From positions 960,001 through 1,024,000 of the forward strand of contig OZ241993.1 of NCBI GenBank assembly GCA_965204575.1: DNA of 64,000 nt, read 5' to 3'. The position numbers and the translations under genes were made by a program. Shown piece by piece: positions 52,287 to 61,863 of the stretch; position 1 is the first letter of the stretch, and each line of letters opens with the position of its first letter. This DNA is from an uncultured candidatus Porisulfidus sp. (GTDB taxonomy: Bacteria > Pseudomonadota > Gammaproteobacteria > Poriferisulfidales > Poriferisulfidaceae). A model generated the notes under the pieces. It searched no databases and was not told the DNA's origin. It saw only the letters and a list, made by a program, of their open reading frames with translations.

Positions 52287-53434
52287 GTGCATTCGCGCAG
52301 GTGCCTCTAGACGAAATCTGCACTGTTGTTGGAGGTGGGACCCCCCGACGGAGTAATACTGCCTACTTCGACGGTACTATACCGTGGGCTACACCGACGG
52401 ACGTGACTGCACTCGACTCACTATTCATTGAGAGAACAAAGGAAACTATTACAGAAGGTGGCCTGAAAGGAAGTAGCGCACGTTTGCTACCTCCTGGAAC
52501 TGTCTTGATGACAAGTAGAGCCACTATCGGCTACACCGCGATTACAACTCGACCCATGGCGACTAACCAAGGCTTTGCTAATTTGATCTGTGGTGAGCGT
52601 ATTGTGCCTGAGTTTCTCGCATACTGGCTCCGCGACCAGCGTGAGGATCTGATGCAACTTGCTGGGGGCACCACGTTTAGAGAAATCCCGAAATCTACTC
52701 TGAAGAAAATTTGCATTCCCCTCCCACCGCTTGACGGGCAGCGACGGATTGTCAATATTCTGAATCAGGTGGCGAAGATTGAGTTGCTGAAGAAGCAGGC
52801 GCAGGAACGGTTGCGGGAACTCATCCCCGCGCTGTTTGTCAAGATGTTCGGCGATCCGGTCACAAACCCGATGGAGTGGGAGATTAGAGCGCTTGGCGAT
52901 CTTTGTGATTTGGATCGTCAAGGGCTTCAGCCGGGCAATCCTGTTGAAACCCGACTTCCTTTTGTCGGTGTTGAGAACGTGGAATCGGTCACCGGTACTT
53001 TAAACTTCGAAACCGATTCACGTGTCGGCTCTCAAAAAAGCACAGTTTTCCTTTTTGATAAACGCCATATTCTTTATGGAAAGCTCCGACCATACCTGAA
53101 CAAAGTCGCAACTCCTGATTTTTCCGGCAGGTGTTCAACTGAGCTTGTTCCGTTGCTGCCCCGGGATGGAGTAGATCGGGATTTTGTTGCGCAACTGCTT
53201 AGGCGAGAGGAAACTGTTGCCTACGCTATGGCTTCTGCAACTGGTGCGCGGATGCCTAGGACCGATATGAAGGCACTGATGTCGATGCCAGTTCCAGTGC
53301 CGCCGTTCCATCTACAGCGACGATTTACACAAATTGTCAAGTCCGCACATTCCGCGTCCGTGCTCGAAATATCCGCCTCCTGCATCGCTGATGGTTTGAT
53401 GAAATCACTCATGTTTCACTTTCTGGAAGTTTGA
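52283..53434 (+). CDS. hsdS: Type I restriction-modification S subunit
   Basis: Two TRDs (GGTP..SRATIG..TNQGF; YGKLRPYLNK) separated by PLPPL..Q..IV and MFGDP..NP..W. Confidence 0.9.
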   Translation: MSAFAQVPLDEICTVVGGGTPRRSNTAYFDGTIPWATPTDVTALDSLFIERTKETITEGGLKGSSARLLPPGTVLMTSRATIGYTAITTRPMATNQGFANLICGERIVPEFLAYWLRDQREDLMQLAGGTTFREIPKSTLKKICIPLPPLDGQRRIVNILNQVAKIELLKKQAQERLRELIPALFVKMFGDPVTNPMEWEIRALGDLCDLDRQGLQPGNPVETRLPFVGVENVESVTGTLNFETDSRVGSQKSTVFLFDKRHILYGKLRPYLNKVATPDFSGRCSTELVPLLPRDGVDRDFVAQLLRREETVAYAMASATGARMPRTDMKALMSMPVPVPPFHLQRRFTQIVKSAHSASVLEISASCIADGLMKSLMFHFLEV

Positions 53435-53699
53435 TAATGGGAGTCTTCTAGCGGGCAAGACTCTAAACGCTTGTTACGCATTAAATGTCGGATATAGACG
53501 CTTTAGTTCGATTTAGGCATTCCCGGTCGTAAACTGCATTCCCCTTTTGTAAGGGATGGGTCTCCGCAAACGATTTTGCCAGGACTTTTCCGTTTCGCTT
53601 TATCCAAGGTCACCTGATAGCGCTTCATCTACACATTTGTCCGTGCAAATAACGCAACCAGAATATCAGTTGTACGGACTCAAAGTAGATAACATGACG

Positions 53700-54488
53700 C
53701 TAGGCGTCGAAGTCGGTCATGCCGACAGTGCTGTAGCCAGCGTCGACATAAGTAATCTCGCCGGTGATCCCGCCGGCCAGATCCGAGCACAGGAAAGCGG
53801 CTGCCTGGCCGACGTCCCGCAGCGTGACGTTTCGGCGCAGCGGCGCGTTTTTCTCTACGTGATCCAGCATCAACCGGAAATTCCCGATGCCGGCGGCGGC
53901 CAGGGTCTTGATCGGCCCGGCGGAAATCCCGTTGACCCGGATCTGTTCCGGGCCTAGGGAGTAGGCGAGGTAGCGCACGTTCGCCTCCAAGCTGGCCTTG
54001 GCCAGTCCCATCACGTTGTAGTTCGGCATGCTGCGAAGCGCTCCGAGGTAGGTCAGCGCTAGCACGGCGGAAGGGTGCTCGCGCATCATCGGCCGCGCTG
54101 CCCGGGCTAGGGCGGTCAGGCTGTAGCTGCTGATGTCATGCGCCGTGGCGAAGGCTCCACGCGACGTGTTCTCGCAGAAATCCCCGTCTAGGGCCTCGCG
54201 TGGCGCGTAGGCGATGCAGTGCACCAGGATGTCGAGTTGCGGCCAGTGTTCCGCCAGTTTTGCAAAGGTTTCTTCCACCTGGGCCTCTTCGGCCACGTCG
54301 CAGGGCAGGGTCAGCGCGCCGCCGCAGGCCTCGGCCAGTTTGTCGATCCGGGACTTCAGTTTTTCGTTCTGGTAGGTCAGCGCCAGTTCGGCGCCCTGTT
54401 CGTGCATGCACTCGGCAATGCCCCATGCGATGGAGCGATTGCTCGCGACACCGGTAATCAGTGCTTTCTTTCCGTCGAGAAATCCCAT
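53700..54488 (-). CDS. fabI: Enoyl-ACP reductase
   Basis: [44 protein letters not shown]. Confidence 0.97.
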   Translation of the reverse strand: MGFLDGKKALITGVASNRSIAWGIAECMHEQGAELALTYQNEKLKSRIDKLAEACGGALTLPCDVAEEAQVEETFAKLAEHWPQLDILVHCIAYAPREALDGDFCENTSRGAFATAHDISSYSLTALARAARPMMREHPSAVLALTYLGALRSMPNYNVMGLAKASLEANVRYLAYSLGPEQIRVNGISAGPIKTLAAAGIGNFRLMLDHVEKNAPLRRNVTLRDVGQAAAFLCSDLAGGITGEITYVDAGYSTVGMTDFDA

Positions 54489-54631
54489 GATCTTTGAATG
54501 ACTGCCGAGTTGGCGGGTAGATTGAAATGGCGGAAAGCCATTTTATAACGATCCCGGCCCCTGTGCGTTTCGCCTGCCGCTGCAGCCTGTTTGATTCGGC
54601 CCTGTCTTTCGGTCAACCGCGGGGCATGTGT

Positions 54632-55267
54632 TCACTTCCCTTTCTTCAGGAAGTTCATGGCCCATTTGGGTTTAGGGATGTTGGATAGTTTGCCTGAAAT
54701 AGCACGCAAACCGGAAGCAATACTTGCACGGCTTGGTATTTTAGAAGCGACTTTGACCCACTTGCCTTGAATTTTCCCCACAAGCGGGAACCCGAGTTTG
54801 GACAAGGTCTCGGTGTGACTTGCAAACTCCTTGATTTTGGCTTGGATGCCTGATTTTTTGTGAAGAGTTCCTAGTAGCGGGGCTGAGGGAGACAGAACGG
54901 TCTTCAGCACGAGGAAGATCCCGATGCTGTCCGTGATGAGACCCGGGAAGATGAGCAGCACTCCTGCAATTAGTTTCTGATAATTCAATACAGTCTTACA
55001 GACGGCCTTTATTCTTCCCCATAGTTTCAGGAATGTTCCAATCTTGGAGAACTCCAGACCTTGAAACATGGGTTTTTCCCAGGAACGCCAGGTTATCAAG
55101 CCGCCAGCGATTGCCGTCGCCAACTCGAACCAGAGCACGAGATGAGCGTATTCTCCGCCCTCCCGCACGATCGTGATGATCAGATATACCTCCAGGTACA
55201 GCAGCAGAAGAACACCCGCAAAAATGACTTTTGCGGGCGTAGATGCCAAGGTGCGGAGGAGACCCAT
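54632..55267 (-). CDS. FxsA-like membrane protein with basic C-terminal extension
   Basis: YLEVYLII and AGVLLIFPGLITDSIG (FxsA-type PG.ITD motif). Confidence 0.65.
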   Translation of the reverse strand: MGLLRTLASTPAKVIFAGVLLLLYLEVYLIITIVREGGEYAHLVLWFELATAIAGGLITWRSWEKPMFQGLEFSKIGTFLKLWGRIKAVCKTVLNYQKLIAGVLLIFPGLITDSIGIFLVLKTVLSPSAPLLGTLHKKSGIQAKIKEFASHTETLSKLGFPLVGKIQGKWVKVASKIPSRASIASGLRAISGKLSNIPKPKWAMNFLKKGK

Positions 55268-55308
55268 ACTCTCGAATGCTACCGGAACTTGCAGGTGGAT
55301 AAACTAAA

Positions 55309-57501
55309 ATGGGCCGAAGCCATTCTATACCGACCTCAATTCCCGTGCGTTTCACCCGTCGTCGCGGCCGGCCCTGCCGATGGGGCGTCATTGCCGCATG
55401 CGTCTTGCTGGCGGGCTGCGAAGATTCCTGGAACGACCCCCACGGGGAGAGGCTCGGAGCCGGGTCGGTACTGTATGCCTCGTTCAGTGACCGGCCCCAG
55501 TTCATGGACCCGGCGCGATCCTATACCTCGACCGCGTACGGCTTCATCCAGCAGGTCTACGAACCGCCGCTGGCCTACCACTACCTGAAGCGCCCCTACG
55601 AACTGGTGCCCCTGTCTGCGGCCCGCATGCCGGAGGTCCGTCACCTGGACGGGCAGGGCCGCGAGCTTTCGCCCGGGGCGCCGGCGGAAGAGGTGGCGTA
55701 CACGGAATACCTGATCGACATCAAGCCCGGCATTCTCTACCAGCCGCATCCGGCCCTGGCACGCCGAGAGGATGGAAGCTATCGCTACCACGCCCTGACC
55801 GAAGCGGATCTCGAGCCGGTCAACGTGCTGACGGATTTCACGCATACCGGGAGCCGCGAACTGGTGGCGGAGGATTTCGTGTACCAGATCAAGCGGCTGG
55901 CCGACCCCCGGCGGCATTGCCCGATCGCCGGCATCATCGCCGAATACGTCGAGGGCTTCGCCGAGTTCCAGGCGCACATCCAGAATACGGAGGGTATCCC
56001 GATGGACCTGCGTGGCCTGTCGATGTCCGGCGTGGAGTCGCTGTCGCGCTACCGCTACCGGGTCCGGCTGAAGGGAACCTATCCCCAGTTCATCTACTGG
56101 CTGGCCATGCCGTTCTTCGCGCCGATGCCGTGGGAGGCGGACGTGTTCCACGAACAGCCGGGCATGGCGCAGCGCAACCTGACGCTGCACTGGTACCCGA
56201 TCGGCACCGGCCCTTACATGCTGACCGAGAACAACCCGAACCTGCGGATGGTGCTGGAGCGCAACCCGAACTTCCGCGGCGAACCCTACCCGGACGAAGG
56301 GGAGCCGGGAGACGAAGGGCAGGGATTCCTGGACGACCGGGGGCGCGCCATGCCGTTCGTCGACCGGGCGGTCTTCAGCCTGGAGAAGGAGAACATCCCG
56401 CGCTGGAGCAAGTTCCTCCAGGGTTACTACGACCTGTCCGGCATCGGCTCGGACAGCTTCGACCAGGCCATCGAATACGGCGGCGGCGGGGAAGTCGGGC
56501 TGACCGACGCGATGGAGGCGAAGGGGATCGTGCTGCGCACGGCGGTCGACCTGACCGTTTTCTACATGGGCTTCAACATGCTGGACCCGGTCGTGGGCGG
56601 GTACGGCGAGCGCAGCCGCCTGCTGCGGCGCGCGATCTCCATCGTGGTGGACTACGAGGAGCACGTTTCGATCTTCAGCAACGGGCGGGGGATTCCGGGC
56701 CAAGGGCCTCTGCCGCCGCAGATCTTCGGCGTTCGGGAAGGCGAAGCCGGCATCAACCCCTACGTCTACCGTTGGGAGGATGGAAAGGCGGTCCGGCGCA
56801 GTATCGAAGAGGCGCGAGAGTTGATGCGCCGGGCAGGCTACCAGAACGGGATCGATCAGGAGACGGGCAAGCCGCTGGTGCTGTATTTCGAGGCGGTCGG
56901 CGCGGGCCCGGACGCCAAGGCCTCGCTGAACTGGCTGCGCAAGCAGTTCGCCAAGCTCGACATCCAGCTGGTGATCCGGGCCACGGACTACAACCGCTTC
57001 CGGGCGAAAATGCGCAAGGGCACCGGGCAGATCTTCCAGTGGGGCTGGCACGCGGACTACCCGGACCCGGAGAACTTCCTGTTCCTGCTGTACGGTCCCA
57101 ACGCCCAGGTCGACACCAACGGGCCGAATTCCGCCAACTACAAGAACCCCGAATACGACGCGCTGTTCTCGCAGATGAAGAACATCCCGAACGGGGAGCG
57201 GCGCCAGCAGATCATCGACCAGATGATGGAGATTCTCCGCCGTGACGCCCCCTGGGCCTGGGGCTTTCACCCGGTCAGCTACATCCTGTCGCACCAGTGG
57301 GTGCACAACAACAAGCCGACCACCATGTCCTACAACACGCTCAAGTACCGCCGCATCGACACCGGGTCGCGCGCGGCGGCGGTCCAGGAATGGAACCAGC
57401 CGACGGTCTGGCCGATCTGGGCCGGGCTGGGCGTCCTGGTGCTCCTGATCGCCCCGGCGCTGGTCGGATTCCTCCGTCGCGAGCGGGAGCGCGGCCGATG
57501 A
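55309..57501 (+). CDS. Peptide ABC transporter substrate-binding protein (family 5)
   Basis: Lipobox LLAG-C, MDPARSY, PIGTGPY, GWHADYPDPENF; C-terminal TM helix. Confidence 0.9.
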   Translation: MGRSHSIPTSIPVRFTRRRGRPCRWGVIAACVLLAGCEDSWNDPHGERLGAGSVLYASFSDRPQFMDPARSYTSTAYGFIQQVYEPPLAYHYLKRPYELVPLSAARMPEVRHLDGQGRELSPGAPAEEVAYTEYLIDIKPGILYQPHPALARREDGSYRYHALTEADLEPVNVLTDFTHTGSRELVAEDFVYQIKRLADPRRHCPIAGIIAEYVEGFAEFQAHIQNTEGIPMDLRGLSMSGVESLSRYRYRVRLKGTYPQFIYWLAMPFFAPMPWEADVFHEQPGMAQRNLTLHWYPIGTGPYMLTENNPNLRMVLERNPNFRGEPYPDEGEPGDEGQGFLDDRGRAMPFVDRAVFSLEKENIPRWSKFLQGYYDLSGIGSDSFDQAIEYGGGGEVGLTDAMEAKGIVLRTAVDLTVFYMGFNMLDPVVGGYGERSRLLRRAISIVVDYEEHVSIFSNGRGIPGQGPLPPQIFGVREGEAGINPYVYRWEDGKAVRRSIEEARELMRRAGYQNGIDQETGKPLVLYFEAVGAGPDAKASLNWLRKQFAKLDIQLVIRATDYNRFRAKMRKGTGQIFQWGWHADYPDPENFLFLLYGPNAQVDTNGPNSANYKNPEYDALFSQMKNIPNGERRQQIIDQMMEILRRDAPWAWGFHPVSYILSHQWVHNNKPTTMSYNTLKYRRIDTGSRAAAVQEWNQPTVWPIWAGLGVLVLLIAPALVGFLRRERERGR

Positions 57502-58475
57502 TTGCTTACATCATCCGGCGCGTGCTGTACGCGATCCCGATCCTGATCGGGGTCAACCTGCTGACGTTCATGCTGTTCTTCGTGGTCAACTCGCCGGAAG
57601 AGGTGGCCCGGCTGCACCTGGGCGACCGGTACACCACGCAGGAACAGGTGGAGGCATGGAAGCAGGAACACGGCTACGACAAGCCGCTGCTGTACAACCC
57701 GGAGGCCGCCGGACTGGATAGCCTGACCGACACCATCTTCTACACCAAGTCGGTGCGCCTGTTCGTGTTCGACTTCGGCAATTCCGACAGCGGCCGCAAC
57801 ATCGGCCACGACATTCGCCAGCGCATGTGGCCGAGCCTGGCGATCGCGGTGCCGAGCCTGATACTCGGGCTGCTGCTGAACGCCACGCTGGCGCTGATGC
57901 TGGCGTTCTTCCGCGCGTCCTACCTGGACGTGGGCGGGGTGGTGCTGTGCGTGATCCTGATGTCGATCTCCAGCCTGTTCTACATCATCGGCGGGCAGTA
58001 CCTGGTCGGGAAACTGCTGCAACTGGTCCCCATCTCGGGCTACGACACCGGCTTCGAGGCGGTGAAGTTCCTGATCCTTCCGGTCATCATCAGCGTCATC
58101 TACGGGATCGGTTCCGGCACCCGCTGGTACCGGACCCTGTTCCTGGAGGAGATCTCCAAGGACTACGTGCGCACGGCGCGCGCCAAGGGGTTGTCCGAGC
58201 AGTGGGTCCTGTTCCGGCACGTGCTGCGCAACGCCCTGATCCCGATTTTGACCGGCGTGGTGGTGATCCTGCCGCTGCTGTTCATGGGCAGCCTGATCAC
58301 CGAGTCCTTCTTCGGCATCCCGGGGCTCGGCAGCTACACCATCGACGCGATCCAGCGCCAGGACTTCTCGATCGTGCGGGCCATGGTGTTCCTCGGCACG
58401 GTGCTGTACATCCTGGGCCTGCTGCTGACCGACATTTCCTACACTCTCGCGGATCCCCGGATTCGCCTGCGCTGA
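57498..58475 (+). CDS. Peptide ABC transporter permease (DppB/OppB family)
   Basis: YIIRR start, DYVRTARAKGL..HVLRNA, ESFFGIPGLG, DPRIR. Confidence 0.93.
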   Translation: MIAYIIRRVLYAIPILIGVNLLTFMLFFVVNSPEEVARLHLGDRYTTQEQVEAWKQEHGYDKPLLYNPEAAGLDSLTDTIFYTKSVRLFVFDFGNSDSGRNIGHDIRQRMWPSLAIAVPSLILGLLLNATLALMLAFFRASYLDVGGVVLCVILMSISSLFYIIGGQYLVGKLLQLVPISGYDTGFEAVKFLILPVIISVIYGIGSGTRWYRTLFLEEISKDYVRTARAKGLSEQWVLFRHVLRNALIPILTGVVVILPLLFMGSLITESFFGIPGLGSYTIDAIQRQDFSIVRAMVFLGTVLYILGLLLTDISYTLADPRIRLR

Positions 58476-58477
58476 CC

Positions 58478-59848
58478 ATGTGGGTCGTCCTGCTGACCGA
58501 TTTCTTCCTCTACCTGCTGTTGGCGGGGGTGGCGCTGTACGTGGGCTTCGTCCTGCGCACGCCGCACTTGCGGCACGCCTGGCGGTCCGTCATGACCCGG
58601 CGCGGCGGCGCGGTGTCGGTGGTGGCGCTGGGCTTCTTCGCGGCCATCGCGATCTTGGATTCGGTGCATTTCCATCCGCGCCTGGAGCAGCCGGGCGCCC
58701 AGGTGGAGTATTCGAACGAGATCCTGAGCGTGTTCGACGTCCTGGCCGGGCCCTTGCGCACCCAGGTCGAGCGGACCTACTCCGCGCCGTTCGCCTACCA
58801 CGCGCACAGCAAGGAGACCCGGGAGACGCCGCAGGGGCGGATCCGGGCCTATCCCCGGCTGGAGTACGCGGGTGCCCATCTTGCGGACCCGGAACGGGAG
58901 CGCGGTTGGGACATCACGGTCCGGGTCCTGCGCGGGGCCCTGCTGGGGGCGGGGGTCTGGGGTCTCCTGCTGCTGGGCATCCGGTTGGCCCGCCGATTGC
59001 GGGGTGCGCGGCCCCGGCCCGAGGGGGAGGCCGCGATTCCCTGGCGGTCCGTTGCGGTCACCGTGCTGCTGATCCTGATGTTGATCGGGATCGTCGCGCA
59101 GTTGGCCGGGGCCTACCACGTGTTCGGCACCGACAAGGTCGGCGAAGACGTGCTCTACCAGACCCTGAAGAGCATCCGAACCGGGGTGCTGATCGGCACC
59201 CTGACGACCCTGATCATGCTGCCGTTCGCGATCGCGCTCGGCATCACGGCCGGTTACTACCGGGGCTGGGTGGACGACGTCATCCAGTACATCTACATCA
59301 CGCTGAACTCGATTCCCGGCGTGTTGCTGATCGCCGCGGCGATCCTGTCCCTGCATGTCTACCTGAATGCTCACGCCGCCGAGTACGCGAGCCTGGCGGA
59401 GCGTGCGGACCTGCGGCTGCTGTTCCTGTGCATGATCCTGGGCCTGACCAGCTGGACCGGGCTGTGCCGGCTGCTGCGCGGCGAATCCCTCAAACTGCGC
59501 GAGCATGAATACATCCAGGCCGCGGTGGCGTTCGGGGTATCGGGTCCGCGCATCCTGCTGCGGCATATCCTTCCGAACGTCATGCACATCGTGCTGATTA
59601 CCGTGGTGCTGGACTTCAGTGGCCTGGTATTGGCCGAAGCGGTGCTGTCGTACGTCGACATCGGGGTCGACCCGTCCATGAACAGCTGGGGGAACATGAT
59701 CAACAGCGCGCGTCTCGAGATGTCGCGCGAGCCTCCGGTGTGGTGGTCGCTGACGGCCTCGTTCGTGTTCATGTTTGCCTTGGTGCTGTTCGCGAACCTG
59801 CTGTCGGACGCGGTGCGCGATGCGTTCGACCCGAGGGTGAAGCGATGA
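58478..59848 (+). CDS. Peptide ABC transporter permease (DppC/OppC family)
   Basis: FGTDKVGED, EYIQAA..RHILPN, EAVLSY, SWGNMI, RDAFDPR. Confidence 0.92.
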   Translation: MWVVLLTDFFLYLLLAGVALYVGFVLRTPHLRHAWRSVMTRRGGAVSVVALGFFAAIAILDSVHFHPRLEQPGAQVEYSNEILSVFDVLAGPLRTQVERTYSAPFAYHAHSKETRETPQGRIRAYPRLEYAGAHLADPERERGWDITVRVLRGALLGAGVWGLLLLGIRLARRLRGARPRPEGEAAIPWRSVAVTVLLILMLIGIVAQLAGAYHVFGTDKVGEDVLYQTLKSIRTGVLIGTLTTLIMLPFAIALGITAGYYRGWVDDVIQYIYITLNSIPGVLLIAAAILSLHVYLNAHAAEYASLAERADLRLLFLCMILGLTSWTGLCRLLRGESLKLREHEYIQAAVAFGVSGPRILLRHILPNVMHIVLITVVLDFSGLVLAEAVLSYVDIGVDPSMNSWGNMINSARLEMSREPPVWWSLTASFVFMFALVLFANLLSDAVRDAFDPRVKR

Positions 59849-61497
59849 GCAGCCTGCTTGAGGTCAAGAACCTGCGGGTCGCGTTCGATGTCGGCCCGGA
59901 CCGGGAAGTCGCCGTTGACGATATCAGCTTCTCCATTCCGAAGCAGGGCACGTTCGCGCTGCTTGGAGAGTCCGGCAGCGGCAAGTCGGTGACGGCACTG
60001 AGCGTGATGCGGCTCCTCCCGGAGGCGGCCCGCATCGAATCCGGCGAGATCCGGCTGAATGGGCAGGATTTGCTGGAGTTGCCGGAAGTGCAGATGCGAG
60101 GGATTCGCGGCGGCACGATCGGCATGATCTTCCAGGAGCCGATGATGTCGCTCAACCCGGTCATGACAGTAGGCCAGCAGATCTGCGAGCCGTTGCGTCG
60201 GCACCGGGGGCTGTCGCGAAAGGCCAGCATGGCCCGGGCGCTTGAGTTGCTCGATGCGGTACGGGTCCCTGAGCCCCAGCGGCGCATTAACGAGTATCCC
60301 CACCAGTTGTCCGGCGGCATGAAACAGCGCGCGATGATCGCAGGGGCGCTGGCGGCGGAACCCGAACTGCTGATCGCGGACGAGCCGACCACGGCGCTGG
60401 ACGTCACCATCCAGGCGCAGGTGCTGGAGTTGCTGCGTGAACTGCAGCGCGACTTGGGCATGGCGATGCTGTTCATCACGCACGACCTGGCGGTGGCGAA
60501 GAGCATGGCGGATGCGGTCGCCATCATGCAGCACGGCAGGATCGTGGAGGCGGAATCCGCAGGGGAATTTTTCGAGAATCCCCGGCACGAATACAGCCGC
60601 AACCTGTTCGCGGCACTGCCGAACATCTCCAAGCGGGGACTGCGGCTGCACGGCAACGGGTCCGGCCCCGACGAACAGGCGGTCGAGCCGGCGTCGCAAC
60701 CCAGTTCCTCCCAGCCCCTGCTGGAGGTTGAAGGCCTGCGCGTCCACTTCCCGATCCGCCGCGGTGTGTTCCGCCGCGTCGTCGGCCATGTCCGGGCGGT
60801 GGACGGCCTGTCGTTCACCTTGCGGGAGGGAGAGACGTTCGCCTTGGTGGGGGAATCCGGCTGCGGCAAGACGACCACCGGCAAGAGCCTGATCCGCCTG
60901 TTGCCGGTCACGCAGGGAAGCGTTCACTACCGGGGGCACGACCTGAGCCACTGCTCGGCCCACGAGATGGCGCCGTTCCGGTCGGAACTGCAGATCGTCT
61001 TCCAGGACCCGTTCTCGTCCCTCAACCCCCGCATGGTCATCGGCGACATCATCGCCGAGGGGATGCAGGTCCTGGGCGTGGCCCAGGACACGGCCGAGCG
61101 GCGCGAACGGATCGGGGAATTATTGCGGCAGGTCGGGCTGAAGCCCAAGCACCAGAACCGTTACCCGCATGAATTCTCGGGCGGGCAGCGCCAGCGCATC
61201 GCGATCGCCCGGGCCTTGGCGGTCAACCCGCGGCTCATCGTGTGCGACGAGCCGACCAGCGCGCTGGACGTCACCATCCAGGCCCAGATCCTGAACCTGC
61301 TGCAGGATCTGCAGGACCGGCACGGCCTGACCTACCTGTTCATCACGCACAACATCGCGGTCGTGTCCTGGATGGCGCACCGCATGGCGGTCATGCACGA
61401 AGGACGGATCGTGGAGCAGGGCGACACGGTCGAGATCCTGCAGAACCCGCAACACGAATATACGCGGACTTTGCTGTCGGCAGTGCCTCGGCTATAG
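59845..61497 (+). CDS. Peptide ABC transporter ATP-binding protein (two fused NBDs)
   Basis: GESGSGKS / YPHQLSGG / DEPTTALD and GESGCGKT / YPHEFSGGQRQR / DEPTSALD. Confidence 0.95.
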   Translation: MSSLLEVKNLRVAFDVGPDREVAVDDISFSIPKQGTFALLGESGSGKSVTALSVMRLLPEAARIESGEIRLNGQDLLELPEVQMRGIRGGTIGMIFQEPMMSLNPVMTVGQQICEPLRRHRGLSRKASMARALELLDAVRVPEPQRRINEYPHQLSGGMKQRAMIAGALAAEPELLIADEPTTALDVTIQAQVLELLRELQRDLGMAMLFITHDLAVAKSMADAVAIMQHGRIVEAESAGEFFENPRHEYSRNLFAALPNISKRGLRLHGNGSGPDEQAVEPASQPSSSQPLLEVEGLRVHFPIRRGVFRRVVGHVRAVDGLSFTLREGETFALVGESGCGKTTTGKSLIRLLPVTQGSVHYRGHDLSHCSAHEMAPFRSELQIVFQDPFSSLNPRMVIGDIIAEGMQVLGVAQDTAERRERIGELLRQVGLKPKHQNRYPHEFSGGQRQRIAIARALAVNPRLIVCDEPTSALDVTIQAQILNLLQDLQDRHGLTYLFITHNIAVVSWMAHRMAVMHEGRIVEQGDTVEILQNPQHEYTRTLLSAVPRL

Positions 61498-61523
61498 TGT
61501 CCGCCAAGGAGAGCCATGGACTG

Positions 61524-61808
61524 ATGAAGATTACTCTCGACATCCACGGCGGGCTCATCAGGAGGGCTAGGTGCTACGCTCGGGAAACCGGGCGCTCGTT
61601 ATCAGATGTGGTTGAGGATGGACTCTGCCGGGTGCTTCCTCGCCCGCGCCACAAGCACTCGTATACCCTTCCTGATCTTCGGGTAGGTGACCCGAATGCA
61701 ACCGATCCCCTTGAACAATATTCCTGGTCCGAGATTCGGGCATTGATTTATGGCGATCTAGGTGCAGCCTTGCATTCGGTTGCGTCTCGCGATAGGGAAA
61801 GCGCATAA
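61524..61808 (+). CDS. Orphan VapB-like (RHH) antitoxin
   Basis: MKITLDI..L.RRAR..A..TGRSLSDVVEDGL; AGGAG RBS; no PIN toxin gene follows. Confidence 0.65.
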   Translation: MKITLDIHGGLIRRARCYARETGRSLSDVVEDGLCRVLPRPRHKHSYTLPDLRVGDPNATDPLEQYSWSEIRALIYGDLGAALHSVASRDRESA

Positions 61809-61863
61809 CAATCCTGCTCTCATTGGATCTAGACACGTGAACGATTAACGAAGCCACATATCC

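Noticed and set aside
47729-53520. Possible transposon-like ends around fitAB-hsdRMS (GGGG..CTAAG near 47730; CTAAATCGAA / TTCGATTTAG near 47853 and 53507)
   Set aside because: Matches are only 8-10 bp in AT-rich DNA, with no transposase or target duplication.
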